DNA of 64,000 nt, taken from positions 11,478-75,477 of IMG/VR virus record IMGVR_UViG_3300037092_000015; one strand, given 5' to 3'. The position numbers and the translations under genes were made by a program. Shown in pieces: positions 38,701 through 47,017 of this stretch; the stretch's first letter is position 1; every line of letters starts with the position of its first letter. The DNA comes from a virus. Under the pieces are notes generated by a model. It searched no databases, was not told the DNA's origin, and saw only the letters and a list, made by a program, of their open reading frames with translations.

Positions 38701-39086
38701 CTGTGGTGAGTTGTAGCCGCTGACTTGTGGTAGGCAATCTGCATCTGATGATATTGGCTATCGCCACCGTTTTCGATAGCCGTCTGGTGCCGTTCTGCCG
38801 CGATTGCGTGGAATTGAACCGCGCCATTATGGGCAACCTTGTCTCCTAGCATGTTGGCTGCACTGCTCTCCTTGTCTGCCATGTCTGAATATAGTGCCGC
38901 CAGTTTAATGCTAGGGTTTTCGCTATTCTTGGCAGCACGATGCCCCGCCGCGTTCCGGTTGCCGACCGGGGCGCCCGCCAGCACTGCGTTCCGTTGTGTC
39001 GTGTCACTCATGTCACTTGAGCAGTTGCACCCGGTTAACCGACGCTGCGTAATCCGTTTCGTGTCTGCTTCGCGGGCTATGCTCAT
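35778..39086 (-). CDS. Mu gpI-like prohead protease embedded in a large His/Ala-rich polyprotein
   Basis: FEHDEKQASVW...WRRWSPSF...LTNRPAFSAMPPV; repeated ATWSxAAR modules; start may be 39011. Confidence 0.78.
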   Translation of the reverse strand: MSIAREADTKRITQRRLTGCNCSSDMSDTTQRNAVLAGAPVGNRNAAGHRAAKNSENPSIKLAALYSDMADKESSAANMLGDKVAHNGAVQFHAIAAERHQTAIENGGDSQYHQMQIAYHKSAATTHHSKAGTAKASCTVRTGTVRATWSQAARDAALEARRQAAKDSDIADNLTMQAAGTRNFGQHQAAHAAHEKAHDAHLACSRKIELSGEEAEYHRGMAIHHQRGVTTHNRAMELQEMERMNATESGSRLGTVTAAVGAYAAGHEFHGNQYSKSPLAGVLDKEDVRRDWSAEQFSHDAQKWTQTALEMHNMPGHAKAAEAHKDAAKAHKKLKCEAVAQNDRVMQEYHGNAEFEHSKLAEKHKATWKAKEAAAYGKNKATNQSMSKDNSNIVRCYSAVAEEISIKSEPWSVNAPVRFCWAPGGVHTITAGFSGPVTKGRDCALTLTVDVVPERDAKVCQESMDAIKAAKPDQEPYGCFEHDEKQASVWATEFSAGNDPVYGRPSVLLEGRPSGSGAKAVNDRDWRRWSPSFGTDADYAKCVCGTCQNGVAACDCAKPALAFPDGVRGSVSNPARITGVAFVLGTLTNRPAFSAMPPVRATELMAGGREVVRATGNVVQATWSDAARKAAAESRSARAHRLTDEASNTAGHMKAYSAHLDAAEELQGKSAQMRELAGSDFNKDKPNLRKWHLNTASQWESVAKEHESHAEKHGKELDKAGVLRSRVQATDATSSRSVHAAEAQEQRSEATVRASAMLYSDLADLVREAAKNDPRFQKEPEVGANACGPCGGIWVQDILCDYDNDGDWGAVVCGKDGKSLRVQFTVAADGGSVTLGAPAVLVERKTSYVPVVGGGEKVALAYASEGGFDAGKVVASWVEQGGEVKAVELDAAETVRATWSEAARKASADARKTHNLADEDSWNTFGPGTGAYDQEANSFQKEVPGGHLRGDTVQYNINPLSRRKGFALSSAGHPDSAGLWKDHGVFNTHRQAMKAAHEHYHTTVTEKGSAGSMAQASAVASPATVHSATPALPPSLASVGAASKGVIESLSARRQKAEQVMASVMPVKVKLPPKKPATGLEVLEVLAYERDHPAKKNLPLTR

Positions 39087-39166
39087 TGAACACGCCCGCC
39101 ACTGCCGTTGTAAGCCGTTCGCTCACGTCCGTTTATGTTTACCGACTCTATTCAATCTTCTTTGTT

Positions 39167-41053
39167 TCAATCCGCGCCCAGCCCGCGAGGGCGGGGCGAC
39201 ATTCGGTTCGTCTTTGAAATTTCGTCCACGGTTGCCACGACATTTTTCCACTCGCCGTTTCCGGTTCCCGCAACCTTGCACTTCACAACGGCCTGCTCGA
39301 CCTTTGCCAACTGCTCCGCCGTAGCCTTGGACAGCGCCGCTCGCAGCCGGTAGCTGCTAGCCGCCGCCCGCGCCTCAACCTGCTCCGGCTCCTGTTCGCC
39401 GCCGACTGGTGCCCCGCCTTGCGCCTCTGATTGCAAAGCCATCGACGCCTTTGCTTGCTGGACTTGACGTTCTAGTTGCTGTTCAAACTTTTCCTCTTCG
39501 GTCAGCGCCTCTCCTTGGACCTGTATCACGCCGTTCACAAGCACTTGGTCACCAGGTTGCGGCTGCTTCAACCCGACCACCTTGTAGGCTTCTTCCGCAA
39601 CCACCGGCATCTTGCACGTCGTAGTGATCGTGCCCATGCGTACCGCCGCTTCCTGCGGAGACTCAATGTGCGTAAAGTCAGCCGTCACCCTCGGGCGCTC
39701 CTTGGCGTCACCGTAATTCACAGTCAGTAGCGTCGTGGCGAACTGGTACTCCAAAACTTCTGCCACCCAGTCCGTTACCGCTTCAAGCTTCTCCTGCTTA
39801 ACTTCACCGTGCACCTTGCCTAGACCGTAGCTGCCGCCGCCTTTGCCTTGGTCTCCCGTGTCGCTAGTTAGCGTTTGGCCTAGGAACAACTGCTCGCACC
39901 ACTTCTCTGCAAGGGAAATCATCACCCTTATCGGGTTGTCCGCCGTGATGCTCTGCGGTGCTATCACAGTCGGCTTCATGCTATCGCTCTGCGCTGCATA
40001 GACGATGAAACCTTGCGCCGCGCACCGGGCCGCCGCCGCCTCGAACTGGTCAATCTCTGACTGAGAAATGCCTGGCATGTATGGGATGGCCATGAACGGG
40101 TTGCCGAACTTTTGCCCGAAGTTGCGCATCCAGTCCATCGCAAACACGATGTTCAGCCACGCCGTAGCAATGCACCGCATCTCGCCCGCCATGAGAAAGC
40201 TGCCGCTCTTGCTCTTGTGCTTCGCCACCATGAACTTGCGCGGGTCGTTCAGCAGCTTGCGCGGCACAACAGAACCCGGAAACGAAAGGTTGTCCTCTCC
40301 GCGCCCGTCGTCCGCAACCCCCACACTTCCGTCCGCCTGCACCGCTATGTAGCGCGGGTTGACCCACCCGGACGCACGCACTGTTCGCTCTAGCTTGCCG
40401 CCGCCTACCGATGCAGGGTTTGACCAGAGCAGTTCCGTGATGCTGATACCGTTCGGTATGGCGTCCGTAAGGTCGTAAACCATCCCCTTGAAGTTGTCCT
40501 CTTCCTTGAACCTGTCCGGCTCGAAACTACCGAAACTGCGCCGCACGAAGTCCGCCTTCTCAACCGCGCTCTTAGTCGGCGGTGTGCTTTCGTCAACCGT
40601 GAACGGAGTTACCTTGTAGTTCACCATCTTTGCCGCCGTCCGCAACGTGTTCAAGCAGCGCCGATACGTCGGCCACGTGTCTGCGATTTTCACTCCCAAA
40701 GCTGCTTGCTGCCAAAGCGACCCCGCCGCCGCGCCACGAAGCAACGCGGAAATTTGCGGGATGGAGAGCACGTCTGGCAATCCCAACCACCAATCACTGA
40801 GCGCGTTTGCTGGCACCTGCCGCCCCGCCAAGTCCCCCGCCGCCGCCTTCGCCGGCACTTGCTTGCCGCGCCGTATCGAAGCAGGCAGTTCACCAACGGC
40901 CCTAACCAAGTTTGACACCGCGCCGCCAAATGGAAACGACACGGCCTTGACCGGCTTCCGGTTCACCGTGTAGAGGAGGTAATTAACTACTCCGGCGAGA
41001 TACGCTACCACTTTGCACCTCCACAAAGGAAAAGGCCGGCGGCTTCGGGACAC
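39167..41053 (-). CDS. Portal protein (Mu gp29/DUF935-like)
   Basis: DAIPNGISITELLW, DWMRNFGQKFGNP, LFLGQTLTSD..GGSYGLGKVH; true start probably near 40966. Confidence 0.88.
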   Translation of the reverse strand: MSRSRRPFPLWRCKVVAYLAGVVNYLLYTVNRKPVKAVSFPFGGAVSNLVRAVGELPASIRRGKQVPAKAAAGDLAGRQVPANALSDWWLGLPDVLSIPQISALLRGAAAGSLWQQAALGVKIADTWPTYRRCLNTLRTAAKMVNYKVTPFTVDESTPPTKSAVEKADFVRRSFGSFEPDRFKEEDNFKGMVYDLTDAIPNGISITELLWSNPASVGGGKLERTVRASGWVNPRYIAVQADGSVGVADDGRGEDNLSFPGSVVPRKLLNDPRKFMVAKHKSKSGSFLMAGEMRCIATAWLNIVFAMDWMRNFGQKFGNPFMAIPYMPGISQSEIDQFEAAAARCAAQGFIVYAAQSDSMKPTVIAPQSITADNPIRVMISLAEKWCEQLFLGQTLTSDTGDQGKGGGSYGLGKVHGEVKQEKLEAVTDWVAEVLEYQFATTLLTVNYGDAKERPRVTADFTHIESPQEAAVRMGTITTTCKMPVVAEEAYKVVGLKQPQPGDQVLVNGVIQVQGEALTEEEKFEQQLERQVQQAKASMALQSEAQGGAPVGGEQEPEQVEARAAASSYRLRAALSKATAEQLAKVEQAVVKCKVAGTGNGEWKNVVATVDEISKTNRMSPRPRGLGAD

Positions 41054-41166
41054 CTGTATCCCGGAGCCGCCTGGCCCCCCATACCCACAACCGTCACTGT
41101 GTTGCCGAATCTCACCAAGGTTCTTCGCGTTCTGCTAAACTTTCGGACCGCAACTGTTACAATGCG

Positions 41167-41195
41167 AAAATAGCGACCGCCTCCGTTTCTGGCAA
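41167..41195 (-). promoter_or_regulatory. sigma70-type promoter upstream of portal
   Basis: TTGCCA-17-TATTTT. Confidence 0.5.
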
Positions 41196-41234
41196 TAGAG
41201 GTTGCGCATTTTGTTTATTTTGTTTGCGGGCAGC

Positions 41235-41260
41235 AAAAAGCCCCGGCTTGCACCGAGGCT
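41235..41260 (-). terminator. Rho-independent terminator
   Basis: AGCCUCGGU-GCAA-GCCGGGGCU-UUUU. Confidence 0.8.
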
Positions 41261-41494
41261 GACACCGATAAGATTGAAGATGTGAACTTCCCTACTTGCC
41301 TCTAGCTCCGTGGAACAGCGCGTCAAACATTGCGTCGCCAGTCTTGCATTCAGCCTTGCCCGCCGCGTAGCCGTCGTTGAACGCTACCCGTATCAGCCGC
41401 TCAAGACTGTCCACCGTCATCGTGACGCGCTTAGCCGCAAACAGCTTCGCGTTGCACTGCCGCACCCGAGCCATGTAGCTATCGGCTGATGCGC

Positions 41495-41716
41495 TCACGC
41501 CGCCTGCTCCCGCCACTCGTCAACGCCCATCTCACGCTCCACGTCCGCCTTCACCTTGGCCGCCGATTCCGCCCGCGTCTCGCCTGAGTTGAACCAAAGC
41601 TCCCGATCCACCGGCTCTCCCGTGGCGCTGGTCCCGTCCGTAAGCGGCTCCACCGACGCCCACGCCACCCACCCCGGACCCACCGCGCCGCGCCGGCACT
41701 TGAAGTAGCCTGTCAC
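41495..41716 (-). CDS. Hypothetical protein
   Basis: Coupled short ORF. Confidence 0.5.
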   Translation of the reverse strand: MTGYFKCRRGAVGPGWVAWASVEPLTDGTSATGEPVDRELWFNSGETRAESAAKVKADVEREMGVDEWREQAA

Positions 41717-42033
41717 CGGCCAGCGCCTTTCTTACCGCTGCGCGGCGGCCTGACCTCTACAGCTACAGGAACCGGCACTGTCAACACCCCGTTCTTCCGC
41801 GCAAGCATCGCCGTCGCCGCCATTTCTGACACTGTTAGGTTCTCTGGGTTCGGGCGCCGCTTGAACACCGCGCACATCGGCCTGCCAGACGGCACGAGCC
41901 GTTCTACAATCATAAACCCGCGACTGTCCACTTGTGGGGGTGCCCCCATGCAGTCTCCCTTGTCCATGCTCGGCTTGCGGTGAAAGTAGAAGCACTGGCC
42001 GCACGTATCCATGCCGTTGATTGTGTTGCTCAT
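41713..42033 (-). CDS. Cys-rich hypothetical protein
   Basis: CGQCFYF...C...PP...C pattern. Confidence 0.6.
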   Translation of the reverse strand: MSNTINGMDTCGQCFYFHRKPSMDKGDCMGAPPQVDSRGFMIVERLVPSGRPMCAVFKRRPNPENLTVSEMAATAMLARKNGVLTVPVPVAVEVRPPRSGKKGAGR

Positions 42034-42035
42034 AG

Positions 42036-42290
42036 TTAAGTTTGCTTGCTGCCGCTGTTCGCTGCCGCCTCTAACGCCCTGTCGTATTCTGCCTCGTCAA
42101 ACTCTATCCTGCCGTTGAACCTGTGCACCGGCCCGATACCTACCGCCGCCCGCCACTCATCATGCAACCGCTCACACCGTAGCCGCCTCTGCGTCTTGCT
42201 GTTCGGGTTCGGCAAGCTGCACAGCAACTGCCGAGCTGCCGCGTGTTTGAGGTTCGCTACCTTGCACTCGCGTCTCTGCTTCGGAGTCAT
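42036..42290 (-). CDS. Hypothetical protein
   Basis: Coupled to the TerL stop. Confidence 0.5.
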   Translation of the reverse strand: MTPKQRRECKVANLKHAAARQLLCSLPNPNSKTQRRLRCERLHDEWRAAVGIGPVHRFNGRIEFDEAEYDRALEAAANSGSKQT

Positions 42291-43678
42291 AGCCTTCCTA
42301 TCATCCTTTCCTCACCTGGACGTCCTGCCGACTGGCTCTTCCATGCGCCACTCCCAAACACCGAGGCGGAACTGAATCCGCCAGACACCCCGAGCGCCAC
42401 TGCCAGATAGCGCAAGGCATCAAGCGCATGATCGTTCTCCTTCACCGGCTGGTCCTTCGGTTTGTCCGGCGCCCAGACGTAGCTCTCGAACTCGTTTATC
42501 AAATTAACGCACGATGGGTCTACCGTCAGCCGTGGCCGCCCGTCACCTGCCACCTTGAGCAAGTTCTGTATCTTGTTGATGCCATCAATCACCCTTCCCT
42601 TTTCCCCGCGTGCGAACACCTGCATGGAGTTCATGTCCGCTATCAGCCCAGCCGCCGCCTCGTCCACCGCTGCGAACTCGTGCCGTCGCCCTTCGGCCTT
42701 GAACCACTTGCACGCCTGCCCGACTACAACGTTCTGTAGCTGGCCGCGCTCATACCACTCTTGAAACACATGCCAACGACCATCGCTGTCCAAACCTACG
42801 TCCAGAATCACAGCCGGGTTCGTGTAGCCCTCGTCGCACGCTAGCAGCCACCGCTTCATGTCGCCAGGCTGCCGAACCAGCACATGCACCGCTGCGCTGA
42901 ACCCGTCATACACCGCACCCTCTGCCGACGCCCACGCGCCCTCGAACAGCCGCTTTCGACGCATTCCAGTCAGGTCGTTCAGCACCGCCATGCGCCGGCT
43001 ACCGTCCTCTGTCAATATATAGGTGCATCCATTGCGTATAACGGAACCTTGCGGGTTGCCTTGAGGAAACTCTTTAGCCGCTTGTTCCGGTGTCAGGTTT
43101 CGGTAGATAGTAGGGTTGTCGGTGTGCACTGACGACAGCAACCGAATCTTTCCATCCTTAGCCCGCTTTCGTATCCAGTGCTGACTCCCGCCAGGGTTCG
43201 CGTCACCGTAGAGTTGCGGCCACTTCACAACCGCCCCGCGACCGCTGCACCGTGTTGCTAAATACTCCCAGTCGTTAAGGGAAAGCTCCTCTGTCTGGCA
43301 TGTGTAAATAAAATCACGCTCGCTGCTAAGGATGCGGTCTGGATTGTCCATTCCACCGCACCATATCGTTGACCCGTTCGGGTAGATGAAACGCGACGGG
43401 GTTTCCCCTCCGAACGCCTCTACTCCGCCGTTGCCATGTGTCACCTTGGCAAACGTCTTTAGCACAGACCCCGCTAGACTAGCCGCAGTCTTGCGCACAA
43501 TAGCCCCCTGGCAGCCCGGGTAGGTCATGCACAATATGTGCGCCTTCATACAGCACGGCCACGTCTTGCCAGTGTCCGAAGGACCACAAATAATAACCTC
43601 GTGCTCCCTCGACGCCACCAAGTCGTAAGCGGCCCCGCGTAGTGGCTCCTTCTTTGACTTGACGATGCGCCGCGCCAT
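42287..43678 (-). CDS. terL: Terminase large subunit (PBSX-like)
   Basis: ICGPSDTGKT, ANPGGSQHWI, ACDEGYTNP, ENDHALDALRY; TAATG overlap with TerS. Confidence 0.92.
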   Translation of the reverse strand: MARRIVKSKKEPLRGAAYDLVASREHEVIICGPSDTGKTWPCCMKAHILCMTYPGCQGAIVRKTAASLAGSVLKTFAKVTHGNGGVEAFGGETPSRFIYPNGSTIWCGGMDNPDRILSSERDFIYTCQTEELSLNDWEYLATRCSGRGAVVKWPQLYGDANPGGSQHWIRKRAKDGKIRLLSSVHTDNPTIYRNLTPEQAAKEFPQGNPQGSVIRNGCTYILTEDGSRRMAVLNDLTGMRRKRLFEGAWASAEGAVYDGFSAAVHVLVRQPGDMKRWLLACDEGYTNPAVILDVGLDSDGRWHVFQEWYERGQLQNVVVGQACKWFKAEGRRHEFAAVDEAAAGLIADMNSMQVFARGEKGRVIDGINKIQNLLKVAGDGRPRLTVDPSCVNLINEFESYVWAPDKPKDQPVKENDHALDALRYLAVALGVSGGFSSASVFGSGAWKSQSAGRPGEERMIGRL

Positions 43679-44262
43679 TACGGAAGGTCCTTCTCCGCCA
43701 CGCCGCAATCCCACACTGCCGTCGCCTCAGTGCCATCCGGTGCCTTGACCGACAATGTGCCACCCTCCCGTGGCGGCTCCCGGTATGTCTTTGGGTCATG
43801 CGACTTGAGTAAGAATATGGTCAGGGTGTCGCTAAACTCCCTCACCTTGTCCACGCATACGGGCTTGCCAGCGGCATTCTTCATCCAGATGCGCTTCTCT
43901 ACCCCGTCTCTTGCCCGTTTAATCGCCGCATTTGTTAGCCTGCCGACTGCTAACTTTAAGGCTTGGTCCCATTGCTTAGCGAACAGTTGGCTTTTCTTTC
44001 GAGCATTGTAGGCGGTCGGTGGCGTGATTCCAGCCTCCTCGCACGACGCTGCTACGTTAGGCACGTTAGCTAATGCCGTAAGGAACTTACTTCGCCAATT
44101 ACCTTTGCCGGCAGCCGTACTTCGCCGCCTTCCTTTTTTAATTCCTTTAGGCGTAACTTTCGTAAATGCTTCCTTGTCACCCTGCCCCGGCCTTATCGTA
44201 GTGCCTACGGGCTTGCCTTTCGCATTTAACTTAACCCCATGTTGGCTGCCGTTGCCGTTCAT
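43678..44262 (-). CDS. terS: Terminase small subunit
   Basis: FLTALANVPNVAASCEEAGI HTH; FSDTLTIFLLKSHDPKTYRE. Confidence 0.8.
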   Translation of the reverse strand: MNGNGSQHGVKLNAKGKPVGTTIRPGQGDKEAFTKVTPKGIKKGRRRSTAAGKGNWRSKFLTALANVPNVAASCEEAGITPPTAYNARKKSQLFAKQWDQALKLAVGRLTNAAIKRARDGVEKRIWMKNAAGKPVCVDKVREFSDTLTIFLLKSHDPKTYREPPREGGTLSVKAPDGTEATAVWDCGVAEKDLP

Positions 44263-44554
44263 GCGTCGAACACCTTTCCTGCGCTAGCCACGATGCGGCC
44301 ACGCTTGTCGGTCAGCCTTTTGTTGTTTGCATTTGTTGTCAGCCCCATATTGCTCCCGTTATCTTTTCCTCCTTACTACCCCAAAACCCCATCGCCCGGT
44401 TCCTGGGGCGTGGCCTGCTCGTCTTGAACTCCTTGGCTATCTGCCGCGTCTGAGCCTCGACGAACACGTCGCCAGACTCCCACCTTATCGGCTCCCCGTT
44501 GCGACCGATGTCGGTCTCGCAGCCTGAAACTTCTAATGTCCTATGCATTGCGCT

Positions 44555-44575
44555 GTTATGTAACTTTGGTTAGGG
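44555..44575 (+). repeat. attI-like/secondary site at the array head
   Basis: GTTATGTAACTTTG-GTTAGGG; GTTAGGGGTCAT is the exact complement of ATGACCCCTAAC at attC1. Confidence 0.55.
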
Positions 44576-44576
44576 G

Positions 44577-45233
44577 TCATAGCAGCACGCCTTGGTTTGC
44601 CTCGCGTTCCAGACGGGAGCAGGCGGTTGCGTAGTGTGTCGGATTCTTCTCGATGCCCACGAAGTTGCGGCGAGTTTTCAGACAGGCCAGCCCTGTGCTT
44701 CCGCTGCCCATCCACGGGTCTAGCACGGTGTCGCCTTCCTTCGTTACGTCGAGGATGATTTGTTGCATCAGTCGCACCGGCTTCTGTGACGGATGCCCTG
44801 TCCATTCGTCGCCAGTGTATGACGCCGCGACGGTCGAGTTGATCAGGTATTGCCGATAGACTTTGTAGTTCGCCTGACCGTTGCGCTCGTAGATGCGTTC
44901 GTATTGGCTTCCGCAGCCTGTCTTTTTATCCCAGATGTGGATTGCCGTGTAGTCGAGCGGGAAGTCCGCCTTCGCAGACCAGAAGATGAGTTGCCGACAT
45001 TCTATCAGGCGCAGAGATTCGAGCAGCCCGTCCTCGTATCCGTAGGCTTCCGCGTGGTAGTCAGGATATGGCGGGTCACAGATTATCACGTCGCACTTCA
45101 TCGGGAGCATCGTCTGGCAGTCGCCGAGTATGAGAGTCGCCACGACATGACCCCTAACAAATCGCTTCAGCGAACCGCCGTTGGGCGTCGCAGGCGAGTT
45201 CGGGAGCGTTAGCTCGGCGGTCGCTGAGCTCAT
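44577..45233 (-). CDS. DNA methyltransferase (N6A/N4C, beta class), cassette-borne
   Basis: DPPY, HPSQKP, DPWMGSGSTG. Confidence 0.9.
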   Translation of the reverse strand: MSSATAELTLPNSPATPNGGSLKRFVRGHVVATLILGDCQTMLPMKCDVIICDPPYPDYHAEAYGYEDGLLESLRLIECRQLIFWSAKADFPLDYTAIHIWDKKTGCGSQYERIYERNGQANYKVYRQYLINSTVAASYTGDEWTGHPSQKPVRLMQQIILDVTKEGDTVLDPWMGSGSTGLACLKTRRNFVGIEKNPTHYATACSRLEREANQGVLL

Positions 45234-45242
45234 ACGTTAGAC
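45152..45242 (+). repeat. attC1
   Basis: CCCTAAC aaatc GCTTCAGC...GCTGAGC tcatac GTTAGAC. Confidence 0.88.
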
Positions 45243-45390
45243 AGCCGGGCCGCACGTTGGGTTTGCGTTTGGTTTTCGACCAGCGGGCGGCGACCGCAGC
45301 GCGGGCTTGCTCGCTGGTGCGGGCTTTTGCCGCGCCAGTCCCAGCAGACCCTCCGAGTTTTCCGAGCGCGACCGCGGCGGGATTTTTCAT
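45154..45390 (-). CDS. Small basic protein (KNPAAVALGKLGG type)
   Basis: MKNPAAVALGKLGGSAGTGAAKARTSEQARAAVAARW; tail reads into attC1. Confidence 0.65.
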   Translation of the reverse strand: MKNPAAVALGKLGGSAGTGAAKARTSEQARAAVAARWSKTKRKPNVRPGCLTYELSDRRANAPELACDAQRRFAEAIC

Positions 45391-45656
45391 TGAACTAAAC
45401 ATTTTGCCGCGCCGAGCGCGTCTGCCGTGATTCCAATCCGAAGCATATCTTCCGCCGCCCTGCGGGATTTTGGCCCGTAGTAATTTTCCCCCAGGAAGCT
45501 GCCAGCCTTGCAGTCAATCCATTCGATTTGGTCGGGCGCGATTTGCACCCCATCGCGGTCGCAGATTTGTTCGCCTCGAATTTCGACACCCTCACTCACA
45601 ACCAACATTTTCGTTACCGGATCAATCCGGTTTTTTATTCTGGCACAGGTATTCAT
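45387..45656 (-). CDS. Hypothetical cassette protein
   Basis: 89 aa, ATGA-coupled. Confidence 0.6.
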   Translation of the reverse strand: MNTCARIKNRIDPVTKMLVVSEGVEIRGEQICDRDGVQIAPDQIEWIDCKAGSFLGENYYGPKSRRAAEDMLRIGITADALGAAKCLVQ

Positions 45657-45695
45657 ATTTTTAAGCAGGGATTAGTTTCCTCTCCCTTTGATTTT

Positions 45696-46019
45696 TTAAT
45701 AGCGTTCGCCGGGAAGGTCTGGGGTTGCCCGGAGTTTGGGGCGCGCAAGGAAGGCTTTGTTGCTCGCTTCGCGAGCCGCTTTGCCAGCCTCACGTTGAGC
45801 CGCCGCCGCCGATTCTTCTTGCTGATAGGCGGCCAATTGTGCGGTATGCACACGAGCGCCAACCACTTTACCTTCGGGTGAATATTTGCTTCCGACCAGA
45901 TGAAACGGAATGGCTTCACCTTTTGCGGTTTTGAAGCCGCCTTCCGGTTGAAGGATTGCATCTGTCCACTGTCCGCCGCCGGTTTGTCCGGCTGGCACTC
46001 TTGGTTCGTCTTCGTTCAT
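45696..46019 (-). CDS. Cassette protein with N-terminal PRVPAGxxGGGQW motif
   Basis: MNEDEPRVPAGQTGGGQWT. Confidence 0.65.
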   Translation of the reverse strand: MNEDEPRVPAGQTGGGQWTDAILQPEGGFKTAKGEAIPFHLVGSKYSPEGKVVGARVHTAQLAAYQQEESAAAAQREAGKAAREASNKAFLARPKLRATPDLPGERY

Positions 46020-46067
46020 TTTTTCTTTCGTTGGCTTGGCTTACTGGGCCTCGCCCTTTATGCCTGC

Positions 46068-46096
46068 AATATACGCAAGCGATTGCGTATATGCAA
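46068..46096 (-). promoter_or_regulatory. Cassette-internal promoter overlapped by a 10-bp inverted repeat
   Basis: TTGCAT-17-TATATT; ATATACGCAA-gcga-TTGCGTATAT. Confidence 0.75.
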
Positions 46097-46158
46097 ACAA
46101 AATCTTCATTTATTTACACACTCACAAAACCATTGATTCTATTGACTCAAACCGGCCT

Positions 46159-46258
46159 GCCCAACAAATCGCTGCACGCAATGACCGCCGCATTGGGCGT
46201 CATTGGCGAGTTCGGGCATCGTGGGCGCGGCGTTCATGCGTGAGCTTGGTCGTTGGGC
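46159..46258 (+). repeat. attC2
   Basis: GCCCAAC aaatc GCTGCACG...CGTGAGC ttggtc GTTGGGC. Confidence 0.9.
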
Positions 46259-46283
46259 GCTTAGTCACTCCGCGCCCGATGCG

Positions 46284-46598
46284 TTACGGGTTTTTCGTGT
46301 AGTCCTTTTCCCCCGCCTTTTGGATATCCTCGAAAAATCCAGGCCGATGCACTCGCGCCACCGGCGAGTTGAACCACGGATTGTTGCGTTGCGCCCAGTC
46401 CACGGCCTTCTCCCCAGCGCGCGGCAGTGCGGCCTGCGCCTCTTTGATGGCTTGCGGAATATGCGTTTGCTCGATGTTTGTCCGCTGAGGCAGGCTTTGG
46501 AGTCTGCCGATTTCGGAGCTGATGACCGCTCCCGTCTCGGGCATGAATTGCCCGCCTTCCGGCGATCCCGCCGGGACTCTTGGTTGATCTGGATTCAT
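46284..46598 (-). CDS. Cassette protein with N-terminal QPRVPAGSPEGGQF motif
   Basis: MNPDQPRVPAGSPEGGQFM. Confidence 0.7.
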   Translation of the reverse strand: MNPDQPRVPAGSPEGGQFMPETGAVISSEIGRLQSLPQRTNIEQTHIPQAIKEAQAALPRAGEKAVDWAQRNNPWFNSPVARVHRPGFFEDIQKAGEKDYTKNP

Positions 46599-46621
46599 TG
46601 TGTGTTTTTGTTGTTCGACGC

Positions 46622-46716
46622 GCCCAACCAATCACTGGAGCGAATGCAGGCGGGCGCTGCCTGTTCGCAAATTCGGATGTCAGTGGCCGCCTGCATCGCT
46701 CAGTTCTGCGTTCGGC
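46622..46716 (+). repeat. attC3
   Basis: GCCCAAC...GTTCGGC; near-identical to attC8. Confidence 0.9.
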
Positions 46717-46988
46717 ATCTGAAATTCCAATTGCCTCTGGACCGGCTTGTCGAACGTTTTCCACGCTGGGTCAGTACAGAAGGGATGCAGGTCCACGAAG
46801 GCATTGTAGTAGATCCCCCAGGAGTGTGTGATGCAGATTCTGAGATTCAGTCGGAAGTTGTATTCTTCCGTAGTCAGGTATCGGTCATCATCGGCCTCCG
46901 AATGCCGAACCAGACGCTCCACACGAACCGCCGCCAGCCTCTCGGACTCCGGGAGGCTGTTTCGTTTTCGGGCGGCAGTGGTGTTCAT
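46680..46988 (-). CDS. Cassette protein (starts in attC4, ends in attC3)
   Basis: ...VERLVRH...MPNAELSDAGGH. Confidence 0.6.
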   Translation of the reverse strand: MNTTAARKRNSLPESERLAAVRVERLVRHSEADDDRYLTTEEYNFRLNLRICITHSWGIYYNAFVDLHPFCTDPAWKTFDKPVQRQLEFQMPNAELSDAGGH

Positions 46989-47017
46989 GGCGGCGGTCGG
47001 TGAGCTACTTGTTCGGC
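46904..47017 (+). repeat. attC4
   Basis: GCCGAAC cagac GCTCCAC...GTGAGC tactt GTTCGGC. Confidence 0.88.
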
